A stretch of DNA of 64,000 nucleotides from Basidiobolus meristosporus CBS 931.73 (Eukaryota; Fungi; Basidiobolomycota), in assembly GCA_002104905.1 (NCBI GenBank), contig MCFE01000175.1:78765-142764 (forward strand), in the 5' to 3' direction. The position numbers were made by a program, and so were the translations under genes. This document shows, piece by piece, positions 12,600-26,420 of the stretch (its first letter is position 1; each line of letters starts with the position of its first letter). The notes below the pieces were generated by a model. That model was given only the letters and a program-made list of their open reading frames with translations. It was not told where the DNA came from and did no database searches.

Positions 12600-15530
12600 T
12601 GTTGGGATCTCGACTCAATCAATAATGGAGGATCTTGAGGCTGTGGCAGTCAAACCACCTTTCACTGCCAACTCATCTACCCCACTGAAGTGTAGCTCAA
12701 CTTGTTCTGCTTCAAACTCTAGTCAAAGAAGCTGTTAACATGTTGGTAATTCCTCTTGGCTATGATGGGATTCTGTCTGTTCCAGGCTTATGGCATTTAT
12801 TGGCAAGAACTGCAGTTTTTTTTGCATGCTTCCCTGTCTCAGGCTTGGGTAGACATTCTTGCATTACCTGTTCCTTTATAACTTCCAAATTTTCAATGCT
12901 ACTTTGACTGAATGCTTCTTGAGTGGCACTATGCTTTTTCCTTGATAAATGTTGTGCTGGTACATCTTTGTCTGCCTGCCTGTCCCTTTTTGGCACTCTT
13001 CCAGCTGCCTGATGCCTCTTTAATGCTTGTTTGGAGCTTTTAGCCCTGCTTGTAATGAGCTCTTGAGGAAGACACTGGTTTTTAGCCATGGTACCCTTGT
13101 TTTTCTGTCTTTGATAGTTTCTGCTGTTCCTAAGATACTTTCTTAGCATACTAATGCTGGCACATAATCCATTTGCCCATTTGCATCAAGGGTAATATAG
13201 ATGTAATATGTCAAGCACATTTTGCTTGGCCTTGAGTTCCTGATAGCCTCATGATATGTCACCCTCAAGGCAATGGCATGTCAGACTTCTGATGGCCTCT
13301 TGAATGTTAGCCCATTCTTCATTACTGCACTCAACAGCTTTACCAATCTTCAATGTCTTATGGTTTTTAGGCTGTGATATAAACACCACATTGTCTCCCT
13401 CCCATGCAGAGATAAGCTTTTCTGTGGGCTTTATCTTTGGATATTGTTGCAGCGCCTCAAAGATTGTATGGTACTCCTCTGCTGTTACATCATGAAATGG
13501 CTTGATTCTTGGCTGTGACATTGAGCTACACGGGTACCTTCTTTGCAGCAAAGAGACTGCTTTCTCTACCTGCAATATTGGTTGCTCTTCACACGTAATC
13601 TGCTCATCCTGCTTCTGGACTACTTCCTGATTTCTCTGGGCAATTGCATCTGTCCTATCAGCCACTACACCTGGTTACTTCATGAACACTTTGATATGAG
13701 CTAACAACATACTTGTTAATATGGGTGGGGGGATGTTTTGATGGCCACTTGCTGGTCTTCAACTGAAAATATTACATTTGCTAAACCCTCATCTTCCTGA
13801 GCATAACTGTCAGCTTGCGGCTCTGCAGAGGTTCTCAATTACCCACTGACTGAGAGCCTGGGAGTCTGCATTATTACCCTCAATGGGCACACTGTCAACA
13901 TGACCTTTTTGGATGTAGCCCTGCTTGTTGCAATGAATGCCAAAGCAAGATGTTGTCCAACTGTTGTTCTGCTGCCATTGGCAGTAGGGTTTGGTTGAGA
14001 ATCAGACAACATTGCTTTATTTCTTGGGGGCATATATATGGAAGAGAGCTAAATCAAACACAAAAAAGTGTTACATATACATAGGTATGTGGTGCCACAT
14101 CTTTACTTATAATGCTTACTATGGTGGGTGATCATTGATTCTTACATTTATGTAGGTGCAATGTCTTGAATACAGGACTGTCTTAAATTCTCATGAGTAT
14201 TGACTAAAAAGGGATAAAATAGTGTTATGTTGTTAAAGGTCAAACTGTTTGCCCCATGGATGAGACTACTGTGATTTAATGCTGTAAAAGAAGAGGATAA
14301 AGACCATATGGCTATTGATGCAAGCCTCTCAGCCATGAAGCACACAGACAGCTTGGGAAGATTACAAGGATCACAGCCAGTGTTTTGCCCAACAAATCAT
14401 ATTTGACCATTCATCAGTCACTATGGTACCAAGATTATCATGCAGGTCAGTTGATACTTCATATTGGCACTTGGCTGTCTTGGTAACCTTGCGCAAACTG
14501 AGTTAGATGAGTTTATGATGACTTTAGGCTCACCTCAGCCCTCTGAATATGGCACACAGAGTGATTGCTCTGATAAAGAAGGATCACTGATGGATTGTGG
14601 CCTATATCCCTTAGCAACAGTACCACTCATGAACCTGGTTAAATCCTAATATACAATGAGACAGCACACATTGAAACAAGTACCAAGGATACTTTATGGA
14701 GCCAAGTGGGCCCAGTAATCCATCTACTGGTGAATGATACAATATATTGGCTAGATAAGTGGTATGTTTCTACTAATATCAGTAATGTGGGCTCTGAGGA
14801 CTTACTACTACTTTGTGCCAATATCATTCTGGGATGTAACTTATCATGTACATGGTACAAGTGGACAAGCTTCAGGCAGCTTGCAACATATGACCCAAAG
14901 AATGTCCTGATTCCTGCATATGTCAACAGTTGCATGGCATTCACACCAAAAAATTCCACCATTGCAATGTGTTTGTAGAGGTCATTAAGTAGGAGGCTAT
15001 AGTTGTTTTTGATTCAAACTATTTGTGAAATACCCAAGGCAGTAGCAGGTAGGCAAATATAGAGGGGTAATTCTACAGTGGTATATATGAATTACACAAG
15101 CAGATGTAGAAAAAGGAAATACCATTTGGTAAATTGGTATGGTATCATTGTACAGTACTAGCTGTAGGCTGCAATACTGCTATGATATTGCCATCAGAGG
15201 CCTACAATGGGGCCTTCAAAACACCGTCAAGTTTCTTGCCATATAAGACAATTTGATGTACTGGCCAGTTAGATTCATTTTGAAATAGTTGCAGAGCGCA
15301 TTAACATTGCAACAATGCCATGTAATTATTGCTACAGCACCAATCCAACCCTGTTAAGTTTTTAACTTTATTCAAAAGTAAAAATAACTAAATGCTGATG
15401 TGATCCCATCATGAGATTGTTAAGAGTGTTGCTAATTCTAAGCTGCTGGTATTATGATGGTCTCCAAATTGGATCCTGTTAGCTGATCAGGATCAGATCC
15501 ACTGGTGGGACTAAACAATTTTTCATAGGG
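12600..15530. mobile_element. CMC/EnSpm-like DNA transposon copy: ORF A (-), internally deleted transposase (+), right TIR
   Basis: ORF A fragments at 12760-13665; transposase YDPK..CMAF; ends ..AATTTTTCATAGGG at 15530 with GATC-rich subterminal repeats. Confidence 0.8.
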
Positions 15531-15789
15531 TCTGAGTATGAACTCATTACTTATGAATATCTTACTAAGTGGAAGTACTGTAACTGTTGGGTTGTAACTT
15601 GGATATTCAAGCTAACTTAGTCATGAAGATCTTATTCTGTGATTAGCAATCCATCTTGACCAAGCTTTTAGTTTTTGATTTACTTGGAATATCTTCACTA
15701 AAAACATCAGGTACCACTAACATGAGATTTTCAAAGTTTTTCAAAAGTCCCCAGACCTTGCACAAATACTGTTTGGATCTTCCTTAACA

Positions 15790-16360
15790 AACTCTATATG
15801 TTTATCTGTCTTAATCTATCAAAAATATAGGTACCATATTTTTCATCAATAAATCTAAACATGAATAACATATGAATCTTCCAGTTGTCCAGGTCACCTT
15901 CAGTGCTCCTTAGAATACTTCCACAAATTAAGCAACTTCTACACTGTGTACATTGTGAGCCTTGGGATACTAATATAGTCACTTCTGAAATATTCCCAGG
16001 TACTGTTTCAGGATAGACCAAGGTAGTAAGGTCCTCTGCTAACAAATCTCTGACTTGATCAATCTCTGCTTTAGTCTTGTACACTTGGTATACCTTACTC
16101 TGATGATAGTATCCAAAAGATATGGATTTTATACTATTGATCATACTCACACTGATAATCAGACAACTTCCTCCTGGTGCTCCACAACCAGGTATTCCTT
16201 GGTCCCAATCAAATGGCACTTTTTACTGCACTTTTGGATCTTGTAGCCAGTGTTGTATTATGGATTGAATTTGGCTCCAACTGTGAGCAATGACTACTTG
16301 CTAAGAATGGTTGAGTATTCCCCACCAGGGTATAAGAGAATGTTTGGACTCACTACAAGT
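15790..16360 (-). pseudogene. Unidentified Cys-rich ORF fragment between two Copia LTR pieces
   Basis: ORF 15794-16219 with CTQCRSCLIC..NWKIH; CpG-free; no family recognised. Confidence 0.35.
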
Positions 16361-16362
16361 AT

Positions 16363-17530
16363 TGCTGTAAGAGTCTTGGAGATAGTGGAAGTGGTTGGGA
16401 GAACAAGTAGAATATATGGTTTGCACTGACTGATTTATTGATTGTAAATGTAGTTTTTATACTTTTCTATAGCTTTAGTATAACAAACATGTAAAATGGG
16501 CTTAGGAAGGTCTCAAGAATATGTGTACCCAGTTTGGAGCTGTTTGAACAACTTTGAGAATTTTCACACTATGGGTACCTGGTATATTGGTGAAGATATT
16601 TTACGTAAGTCCCTACAAGGAATTTGATCAGTGTTCTCTAAGCTTTGTAAGTAATGGTCTAAGTGACTAAGGTAGGGGAGTATTAAGGTGGAATTACAAA
16701 TTTTTACAACACTCCCACTCAGCCAAATGTTCATATTGACTAATCCTAATTCTGACCTAAGATATATTGAAATATGTCTCTGGCCAATGGTTGAGTAAAT
16801 ATATCTGCCATCATTTCATCTGTAGGACTGTAAACTAAGCTGACTAAGTTATTTTCTTTGGCTTTACATATGGAAAGGTTTCCAATATTGATATGCTTAG
16901 TTCTAGCATGAAAAGCTGGCTTTCTACCTGATTGTATACAACCATAATTATTCTGAAATAAAGTGATGGGTGTTTTTCAACTCAAGTCTAAGTCTTCAAA
17001 AATCTTTCCTAACCACATTACTTCTTGGTAGTCTCACAAGCTATCATATGCTCTGTATCTGTGGTAAAATGTGCTACAGTTGGTTACTTGAACTCCATGA
17101 GATTGCTCCTTTACAATAAAGAAAGGTGTAATATGTGGTGAATCTTCTGTCTTTCAAATTATGTGCCCAGCCAGCTTCAGAGTATCCCACAATGTTGCTC
17201 TGAATCATCATAGGTACATCTTAGGCAAATATCAGCTGTCATTTTAGGTATCTAAAAATCCACTCAACTGCTGTAATATAAACAAATCTATAGCTTTGAT
17301 TATGCTGGCTCACAACTGCTGCCAAATATGAGATATCAGGATGTATTGCAAGCATGAGGTATATGAGATATCTGTCTATAGATTGATAAGATGAGTCAGT
17401 GCTTTTAGATGGCATCAAGCACTCTTGAGTTGGTTGAGTTTTGACCAACTGGAGGTTTGTCTCCATTGGAGTAGCAGCCGGTTTAGAGACTTCCATTTAG
17501 TACTTCATTAGTGTATCTTGAATATATTTG
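16363..17530 (-). mobile_element. Ty1/Copia 3' end (RT/RNase H remnant, PPT, 349-bp LTR 16363-16711)
   Basis: KPAATPMET..LMLAIHPDISY; RTKHINIG; PPT TGAGTGGGAG abutting the LTR; TG..CA ends. Confidence 0.9.
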
Positions 17531-20500
17531 GATTTGCCAAGGTTGATGGTCCAGGTACTTCTGCCTATGGGTAACTTTATTCCATATATATATCTTGCAA
17601 ACATATGCTTGGTTGCCACCACTTCTACCATGAATACCTCCTGAAAATCCGCAAAGAGCTTCTTGGTATTTAGCTTATATATCCCTTCTCCATGCTGGAT
17701 TCTAGTCCCCCTTATAGGTGAACTCTGGCTCTTGTATGTGTGAATTCTGTAATGAATGGTGTAGAAGTTGGCTTGTGACCAAGAGAAACCCGGCATGTTT
17801 TGTATACGCTTTCCTAATAAAGAATAGTTATTTGTTGCACCCAACTAAACTTTGCAGTAATTAACTGATTACCCACAGAGTAGGGCTGCTTAGCTTCTTT
17901 GTTCCATAGGTATAGGTGTCTCCATGTGTATATCTGTCCTTGGTAGTTGCAAACTCTGCCTGGCTGTCTTCCATATACCAATTCATCACATTCATCACAG
18001 ACTTGATGGTAATATTCCTGATGAGATTGGGATATGGTAGTACCTGCGTGCTGACTTGTCTTCCTATATCCCCATACATCTGCTCTGTAGGAAACTCCCA
18101 ACAGGTGAAGCAAGGCCCAATATTCTTCACACACCAAGCAAGATGGAGTACAGAATTAATATAGTGGCAGCAGAGATCTATGCATTCATCTTCATGGATG
18201 TAGTATAGCCGCTCAAATCCTGTAACAAACTCCTTGCACAACAGCTGTAGATGTGTCAATTTAGCATTGGTGATCAGCTTCTGGATAAATATTGCGGCAT
18301 TGTCCACATATGACTCCCAATGATTCCAATGTACTTATGGCAGAATTGGCTTCAGAACACCACTTGAATAAATAGGTATTCAGTTCATCCACTCTTTGCA
18401 TTTGTATTGATGCATATATGTATGAATATTGATTAGAGCCTGTGAGAGGTACTTAAGGTAGCAGATACTCTGCAATATCTGGCCAATTCTTTCAAGTATT
18501 TCTGGTATCTCTAGGAGCTCATTCAGCCTGAAATGCCCCATGTACTACTCAGTCTTCAATTCAGGGATATTGTTCAAAAAAGTAGATGCATTGCTCCCAG
18601 TGGAAAGCCTTTGGTCCAAGAAATACCCTTTATTGTAGTATCTCAAGTTTCAAATTGACTACCTGTTCTGGCCCATGGCTCATTGTTTGCCAACTTTGCT
18701 ACAGCTGCCTGCTGACTTCTATATATTCCCTCTGTGTAAAGATGATATTCATAGTGCTAGTGTTTGGGTAATAATAATGTGTATGAGTTATGGAGTAAAT
18801 CACTTGGATGTTGCCCACTCAATAGTAATACTATCCATTGTGCCCAGAAAAGCCTGCTATCTTGCTGATGGCTGGGGTATCTCCAATGCAAATAATAATA
18901 TGCCCTTTGACACAATGGCCATTTACTATTATCATACTGGCAAACACACAAAATGCATTCAGTAATGGATGCAGATAGATATTCAGGTTGGACAGTGATT
19001 TAGGCCCATATACCAGTGAGACTATCATCTAATTTCTGCTCTGGTAATGTAAGTTAGGTGGCAGTTTCAGGTTGATGAAAATATGTGGCCAGCAGGATTA
19101 GCTTGTAGAGTACCTGTTTAACAAGAGTCCATCAAGTGCTAAGACAAAGGCATGGTCATACATATGTTCAAAGTAGCCCTGGCTTCTTGGCTGTTTGCAA
19201 TGTTTAACATCAAATATACTTGATATGTTTGCACCTGATTGATACTGATTGTGGTACTTTATAGCTTTGCCATATTTGTCAGGCTGCATGAGCTTTGTTA
19301 GACATGGTGTTACTGGAATGTATCTACAGTGTCAACAACATATTCCCTCAATGGTAGTGGATTCCTGACAATTTGGACACATTGCAGTGGTGGCATTTTT
19401 AGATGTGAATGCCATGCAACTGTTGGCACATGCTGGAATCAGGACAGTCTCTGGGTCATATGTTGCATACTGCATGATGGTTGTCCACTTGTGCCCTGTA
19501 CATGGTAGCTTGTATCCTGGAATGATTTTGGCAAGAAGTAGCATTAAGTCCCCAAAGCTGGCATTACTTATATTAGTGGAAATGCACCACTTCTCTAGTC
19601 AAACCATTACATCATTCACCAATAGATGGATTACTGGGCTCACTTGGCAGTATGAGGTGTCCTTGGCATTTGCTTCAATGGATGTTGTCTCATTGCATTT
19701 TAGGATTTGACTGGGCTCATCCATGCTACTGTTGTTAGGGGAGATAGGCTTCCAATCCATCAGTGAGCCTTCTTTGTCACAACTATACTCAGCATGCCAT
19801 ATTCAGAGGGCTGGGGTGAGCCTAAAGGCAACACAAAATCATCTGACTCAGTTTGCACAAGGTTATAAATACAGCCAGGTGCCATATAGAAATATCAACT
19901 AGCCAGCAAGATAATGTTGGTTCAGAAGTTACTGATGAATGGTCAGATATGACTTGTGTGGCAAAACACTTGCCATGATCCTTCCAATACTACCTATGCT
20001 GTCTGCATGCTTCATGGCTGAGAGGCTTGTTACAATAGCCACATGGTCTTTATTTTCTTCTCTGATTGTGTTGAATCAAAGTAGTGCTGTCCATGGGGCA
20101 AACAGTGAGACCTTCAACAACAAAATGCTACTATATCACCTTTTGGTCAATACTCATGATAATTCAAGACAGTCTTGTATTTGAGACATTGCACCTACAC
20201 GAATGTAAGATTCAATGACAACCCACCATTGTGAGCATTATAAATAAAGTTTTGGCACCAAATACTCACATATATGTAGCACTATTTCCCCTTTGGTTTG
20301 ACTCACTTCCATGTATATGCTGCAAAAAACTAAAGCCAAGCTCTGTGGTCCCCAACCAAACCCCACTGCTGATGGCAGCAGAAGAATGGTTGGACAACAG
20401 CTTGCTTTGATATCCAGCGCAACAAGCAGGGCTGCATCCAAAAAAGGTCATATTTATAGTGTGCCCACTGAAGGTGGAAATGTGGACTCCTTAGGCTCTC

Positions 20501-22429
20501 AGTCAAGTAGCAATTAAGACCTCTGCAGAGCCACAAGCTGACTGTTATGCTCAGGCAGATGAAAGTGTAGCAAATGCAGTACCTCCAGTTGAAGACCAGC
20601 AAGTTGCTGTCATAAGAGCACCACCACACATATTAGCAAGTATGTTGTCAGATCATACTAAAGCATCAATGAGGCAATTAGGTGCAGTGGCTGATAGGAT
20701 AGATGCAATGGCCCAGAATACTCAGGAAATAGTCCAGCAACAGGATGAGTGGATAATATATGTAGAACAGTCAATATCTCAGGTAGAGAAAGCAGTCTCT
20801 TTGCTGCAAAGAAAGAGCTCAAGTAGCTCTATGTCCCAGCCAAGAATTGAGTCATTTCCCAATGTACAGCACAGGATCACTGTACAGTCTGTGAAGCACA
20901 ACAACAGTGCCCAAAGATAAAACCTACAGAAAAACCTATCATAGTATGGGAGGGAGACATTGTGGTGTTTATATCAAAGTCTTAAAATCAAATCACACTG
21001 AGGCTCTGTAAAGCCATTGAGTGCAATAATGAAAAGTGGGCTAATATTCAAGAAGCTGTCAGAAGTCTAGCATGCCATTACTTTAAGGCTGGCATACCAT
21101 GAGACCATCAGGAACTCAAGGCCAAGCAGGATGAGCTTGCCTTGTTCCATGAGCATTATCCTTGATTCAAACAGCCCAACAGATCTTGGGCCAGCATTGG
21201 AATGCTTAGAAAGTATATTAAGAAAAGCAGAAACTATCAATGGCAGAAGCACAAGGGTGCCATGGCTAAAAACCAGCAGCTTCTTCAAGAGCGCATAACA
21301 AGCAGGGCCAAAAGCTCTAAACAAGCATCAGAGAGATGTCAGGTAGCTGGAAGAGTGCAAATTAGGGACCAGCAGGCAAACACAGATACACCTGCACAAC
21401 ATTTATCAAGGAAAAAGTGTAGTAACACTCAAGAAGGACTAAGTCCCAGTAGCAGTGAAGGACCAACAGTGATAAAAACCAGCAACTCTTTTAGGAGCAT
21501 GTCCCAACTATGGCTGGCAGCCCACTGATGCCTAGAATCTTCTAGAACCTTGTCATTAGTAATCACTTGGCAATCAGCAAAATTGTTTAAGGGAAAGAAA
21601 TCCTTCATCGATAAATCATCCCTTTTATAGGTAACACTTCTACCTTATTGATTAGCAATTGATCACTGCACCTGCCTTCAACAGTACATCTCAGACCTGC
21701 CATCAAGGAGCTTTTCAGGGTAGTCCACAAGACACACAGAGATCTTTGGAGACACTTGGAGCACCTAGGAAGCTAGAGAAGCAGGAGCTTTTACCATAGT
21801 GACATATTGACAAAGACACCAGCAGTTTAGAAACTGAGGTTATTGCACCCATCAGACACCTCACTCACCTTGAGTTGTGTAGCTTCTCCCAGGAGTACCT
21901 CTACACCACCACACTGTTAGGTTCCCACTGGAGTCATGGAAACAGAGCATTACACCAGAAATACTTATTGAGTGGCGGATTTTAATGGAGTTACTTGTTG
22001 AGTGTGGGGTTGGGGTTAATGTAAGTGTAGGGTATAGGGACCTTCATAGGTCAATACAATTGGCAATTGAGGTACAACTGAAGTTTCAATGGAAATAAAC
22101 CAAGTTGTATGCATAAATAGTAAGAGAAATGGTTGAGTTAGCAAGTAAGGGACATGAAAAAGAGGCAATAGCCAATCAATGTACACAATTTTAGGAAGTA
22201 TTCAATTTTCCAGGATCAGAGAGTGAGCAAATTAGCAGGAAACTAATCAAAAGACAGTAATATATTGTTGTGATGAAAAATTTTGAACAAGTTTTTTGTG
22301 AAATCTGGGGTGCAATTTTTTTTCAGCAGTCTCTGCACAGTGTCATGATAGGATTGGTACCTCTTAGTCATGCGGCTTTAGTTCTATAACAGCCTTTTTA
22401 CAGGATCATCACAATAATTTCTCATAGGG
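17530..22429. mobile_element. CMC/EnSpm-like transposon copy: transposase (-), divergent ORF A (+), left TIR
   Basis: Transposase_21-like motifs LALDG, GPKSLSNL, CIGDTPAISK, LLHLA..GPCFTCWEFP; ORF A at 20311-21500; TIR CCCTATGAGAAATT at 22416-22429 (minus). Confidence 0.85.
21522..21913 (+). mobile_element. Truncated family A LTR (3' part)
   Basis: Near-identical to 31222-31614; ends TACACCACCACA. Confidence 0.85.
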
Positions 22430-23071
22430 TGCTGGAATGATCACCATTGGTATATTCCTGGGCACTGATTCAGTCTCTTCCATAGTGTTGATATCTTCTG
22501 GAGTGAAAAAATTTCAATTATTTTCTCTTAGGCAATCCCGACTATTGGTGGACTTGAGAGCAGATTTCTGTCAGCATTATACGTTATATTTTGTAAAAGT
22601 ACTTGAATATTTTCAAACAACACATCCCTGAACTTGATCAGCTTCTTTGCTTTGGGGTTGTAGAGTCTGTATGCCTTACTCTCATTACAGTAGCCCAAAA
22701 ACATACATTTTATACTATTCAGCTCAAAGCTTGACTGATTTCCAGGCTTTTTCCTTGCATATACTATACATCCAGATATTCTTTGATGTTTTGCACTTGA
22801 TCTGTATTGGTGTCATGCTTTGTATGGAGCAGAATCACAGAGTATTCAGTTAAAACTCCAACTTTCAATGTATACAGTTGTGGCAATTGATTCTGCCCTA
22901 AAGTCATAAGACAATCTTTGATCATGGATTATAGATTCTGCCAAATCACTTATTGATCTGTTTGCTTGTTCAGCCACTTCATTTTTCTGTGGGGAGTATA
23001 ATACAGTAGTCTCTTGCTTTATCCCATGAATTTTGCAGAAGCGGATGAAGAGTTTTGAGGTATATTCTGCT
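22430..23071 (-). pseudogene. Copia integrase fragment
   Basis: EYTSKLF..FCKIHGIKQETTVLYSPQKNEVAEQANR; decayed GAVLI-FRVYNPK region. Confidence 0.85.
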
Positions 23072-24300
23072 TTAAAGTTCTGTAGTTCCACCTAGCTATT
23101 CATCTAACTTGGTCACTTAGATCATCACCTTCAAATCTTAGAGAATACTGATTAAATTTCTTGTTGGTACTTAATTGGAATTTTCTCACCAAGATATCAG
23201 GTGCTCAGAACATAAAAATTCTCAAAGTTGTCCAAACAGCCCTTAGCTTTGCACACATGTTCTTAGGATCTTCCTATGCTTATTCTATATGGTTGCTATG
23301 CTAAGACCATGTCAAAGTACAGAAACTACTCTTACATTCAATAAATCATTAAGAGAAAATCACATAATCTACTTGTTGTCCCAATCACTTTAAATATCTC
23401 CTAGACTCTTACATCAGGTTATGAGCCCTGAGCTGTCACTCTACTCAATGTCTTACTGCTATTGCTGGAGCTTTTCCCTCTGCTGAAATACTGGATGGAT
23501 ATAGTTACCAAGTGCAGAAGATGAAGATGAAGATGCTGCTACAAGAATGAGGCCTTTGGGATATTGTCATGGGAGAAGAATGCCCTCCTAAAGATGTGCA
23601 AGTGATATCATTAGAGTATCAGAAGACAGAACAAAGTGCCTTTAACTACATTTGCCTTAATGTCAAAGACAAATTGTTAACTCAATGCTCAAGAGCAAAA
23701 ACAGCAAAGAATGCCTGAAATGCATCAGAGGACACCCACCAGTCATGAAAAAATCTCCTTACTACAAAGATGCTGCCAGAAGAAGAAAGAAAAATCTAAT
23801 CCACCAAATTACCCTGCTGGTGGATGAGATGTATTCTGTGGACATACCAACTACTGATGGGGATGTAATAGTTACCATCCTGAATAGCCTGTTTGACAGG
23901 CTTCATGGCCTTGTATCAGCCCTAGAGTCCAGAACTGAAGATTTGACCTTAAATTAGGTATATGAAAGGCACCTGGATGTAGAATTAAGAAAATCAAGTG
24001 CCAATTAGAAGGAAGAGGGAAATGCTTTGATAAGCTATAATAGCCAGCAAAGAAGATACCAATGACCTTTTAAAGGCAACACCAACCTGTTTTGCAGCTA
24101 CTGCAAAAGAAAAGGACTCACATCAGATCAGTGCTTCAAAAAGGGAGATAGTCAGCAGAAAATGCTTGAATATGGAAATGCTGCAAAAACTGCTGACAGA
24201 CTATTCAAATCTGCATTATATATTACCACAGACAAGGATTCTCAGAAGTGGTATTATGACTCTGGAGCATCTCAACACTTTACACACCAATAAGACCTTT
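23072..24300 (+). mobile_element. Copia 5' LTR, PBS and gag remnant
   Basis: LTR ends at 23416, PBS GGTTATGAGCCC at 23417-23428, then WKMKMKMLLQE*GLWDIV, ILNSL..LVSALES and a CCHC knuckle. Confidence 0.88.
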
Positions 24301-24309
24301 TACTCAACA

Positions 24310-26130
24310 CCCCAGATTTCACAAAAAACTTAGTCAAAATGTTTCATCACTGCAATACAAATGTGGCTTTGGATTGGTTATCTGCCAATTTTCTCACTTT
24401 CTGATCCCAGACACTCTATCTGATCCTATCTTTGTGCATATTGCTTGGCTATTGCCTCTTTTTCACACTCTCTGGTTCCTGACTCAACCATTTCTCCACA
24501 TTTCATGCATTCATATTGATTTATTTCTGCTGAAACTTCTGTTATACCCTAACTGCCAATTGTCTCAACCAATAAAAGTCCCTGCACCCTACACTAATGC
24601 TAAGCCCAGCCCCACACTCAATAAGTCACTCCCTTAAAATCCACCACTCAACAAGTATTTCTGCTGTACAGAACTGTTTCTGTGACTTTAGCAGGAACGA
24701 TACAGCTTTATGCCACTGCTCATTCACAATTTCCCATATGTCCTGGTCTTCATCCAGCACTTCAGGGGCTAGCACCTGATCTGCCAGTCTTTGCAATCAA
24801 TCCTTGCAACATTCAAGTGTATTTTCTTGAGCACTGCTCTTGAAGAAGTGCTGCTACCTTTTAGTGTGCCTGTTATTGTCCCAAAATCTTACCGAAGGCA
24901 TTGTGATAACCTTGTGAGCTCTTAACATTGCACATTGTCTGTCTATTGGCTCCAGTTTAAAAGTGTAATAAGACTCCTGAATGGCTTAGCTGAACCTAGG
25001 TGACAACTAAGTGCAGGATCTCAGATGTGTCAGAGCATGGCAGAATTATTAGCCAAGAAGTTCTGGCTTAATATTGGCCTTGTATAAAGCTAGGTTTGGC
25101 TATAAAGGCAACACAGTTGGTTTTGTCTGCAAACCATACTTGATGTTCTTGGGTGTGCTAGGTATGCTAGGCTTAGGTAGAAACTGAAGCATAATTGTTG
25201 AGTTCTTGATTTTTCCAAGACACATTCTTAATTTTGTTGAGACACAAACTACACCAAAAGGTTCAGTAAGCTTTATTCATACTTCTTTCATGAAGTTGAG
25301 TTAGTAAGCACTAAGTGACTGCACAAGCTGAAGTCTATTGGGATGCTGATAGGTGCATAAGATAAGTGAAAATTGCATCATTAATCAGCTGATGTCTTGG
25401 CAACTATGAAGTTCTAAGATAGATCTCAGATGACAAATCACCTGGTAAGGCTTGGTAGATAAGTTGATAATATAATGGCAACATGAGAATTGATCAAGTG
25501 TGACAGATAATGATTGGTTCTGAGATGACATAAAAGAAGCCATAACTGGGATAAGCTATGTTTGGGTTGGGGAAAATCAGTTAGAGTACTACATTCTCTC
25601 TCAGTGTAAAATATGCCAAGTGTAAATGTTGGAACACAATACTGTTGGCAAGACTCTTGTGCTTCCCTGTCACTGGTTTGGGCAAATCTTTCTCTCTTTA
25701 CCTCTTCCTCTATCACTGCCTGGTCTTTTACTTCACATTGTCTCAGTGGTTCTTGTATTGAACTATGCTTTCTCCTTGATATATGCTGCTCTGATACATC
25801 TGTTTTGGCATGCTTGTCTCTTGCTGGCACTCTGCTGGCAACCTAACGCTTTTTTGCAGCTGCTCTGAGCTCTCAATGCATGCTATGACACACTCTGGAG
25901 GTAGCTGCTGCTTTTATCACTGCCAGGTCCTATGCTGCTACTTTGACTGGGTACTCCTTAAGTGGAACTACACTTTTTCCATGATACATGTTGTGCTAGT
26001 TCAGCTGTATCTGTCTGCTTTTCCCATATTGACACTCTTCCAGCTACTTGATCTCTCTTTGATGCTTGTTTGGAGCTTTCAGCCCTGCTTGCAAGGGGCT
26101 CTTGAGGAAGCCACTGGTTTGTAGCCATTG
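24310..26130 (-). mobile_element. CMC-like fragment (left subterminal region plus ORF A 3' end)
   Basis: 24310-24690 is the reverse complement of about 21950-22320; ORF A tail at 25438-26110. Confidence 0.7.
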
Positions 26131-26137
26131 CATCTTT

Positions 26138-26420
26138 CCCTATGAGAAATTATTGTGATGACCCTGTCAAAAGGCTGTCACAGAATTAAAGCCACATGAC
26201 TAAGAGGTACTGAGCCCATCACAACACCATGCAGAGACTGTTGAAAAATAATTGCACCCCAGGTTTCACAAAAAACTTGGTCAAAATCTTTCATCATAAC
26301 AGTACATTAGTGGCTATTGATTGGTCTCTGCCAATCTGCTCACTTTCTGATCCTGGACACTTGATCACATCCTAAGTTAGTGTACAATGATTGGCTATTG
26401 CCTCTGTATCACACTCCTCA
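26138..26420 (+). mobile_element. CMC-like left terminus, interrupted by another copy
   Basis: Starts CCCTATGAGAAATTATTGTGATG, the reverse complement of 22407-22429. Confidence 0.8.
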
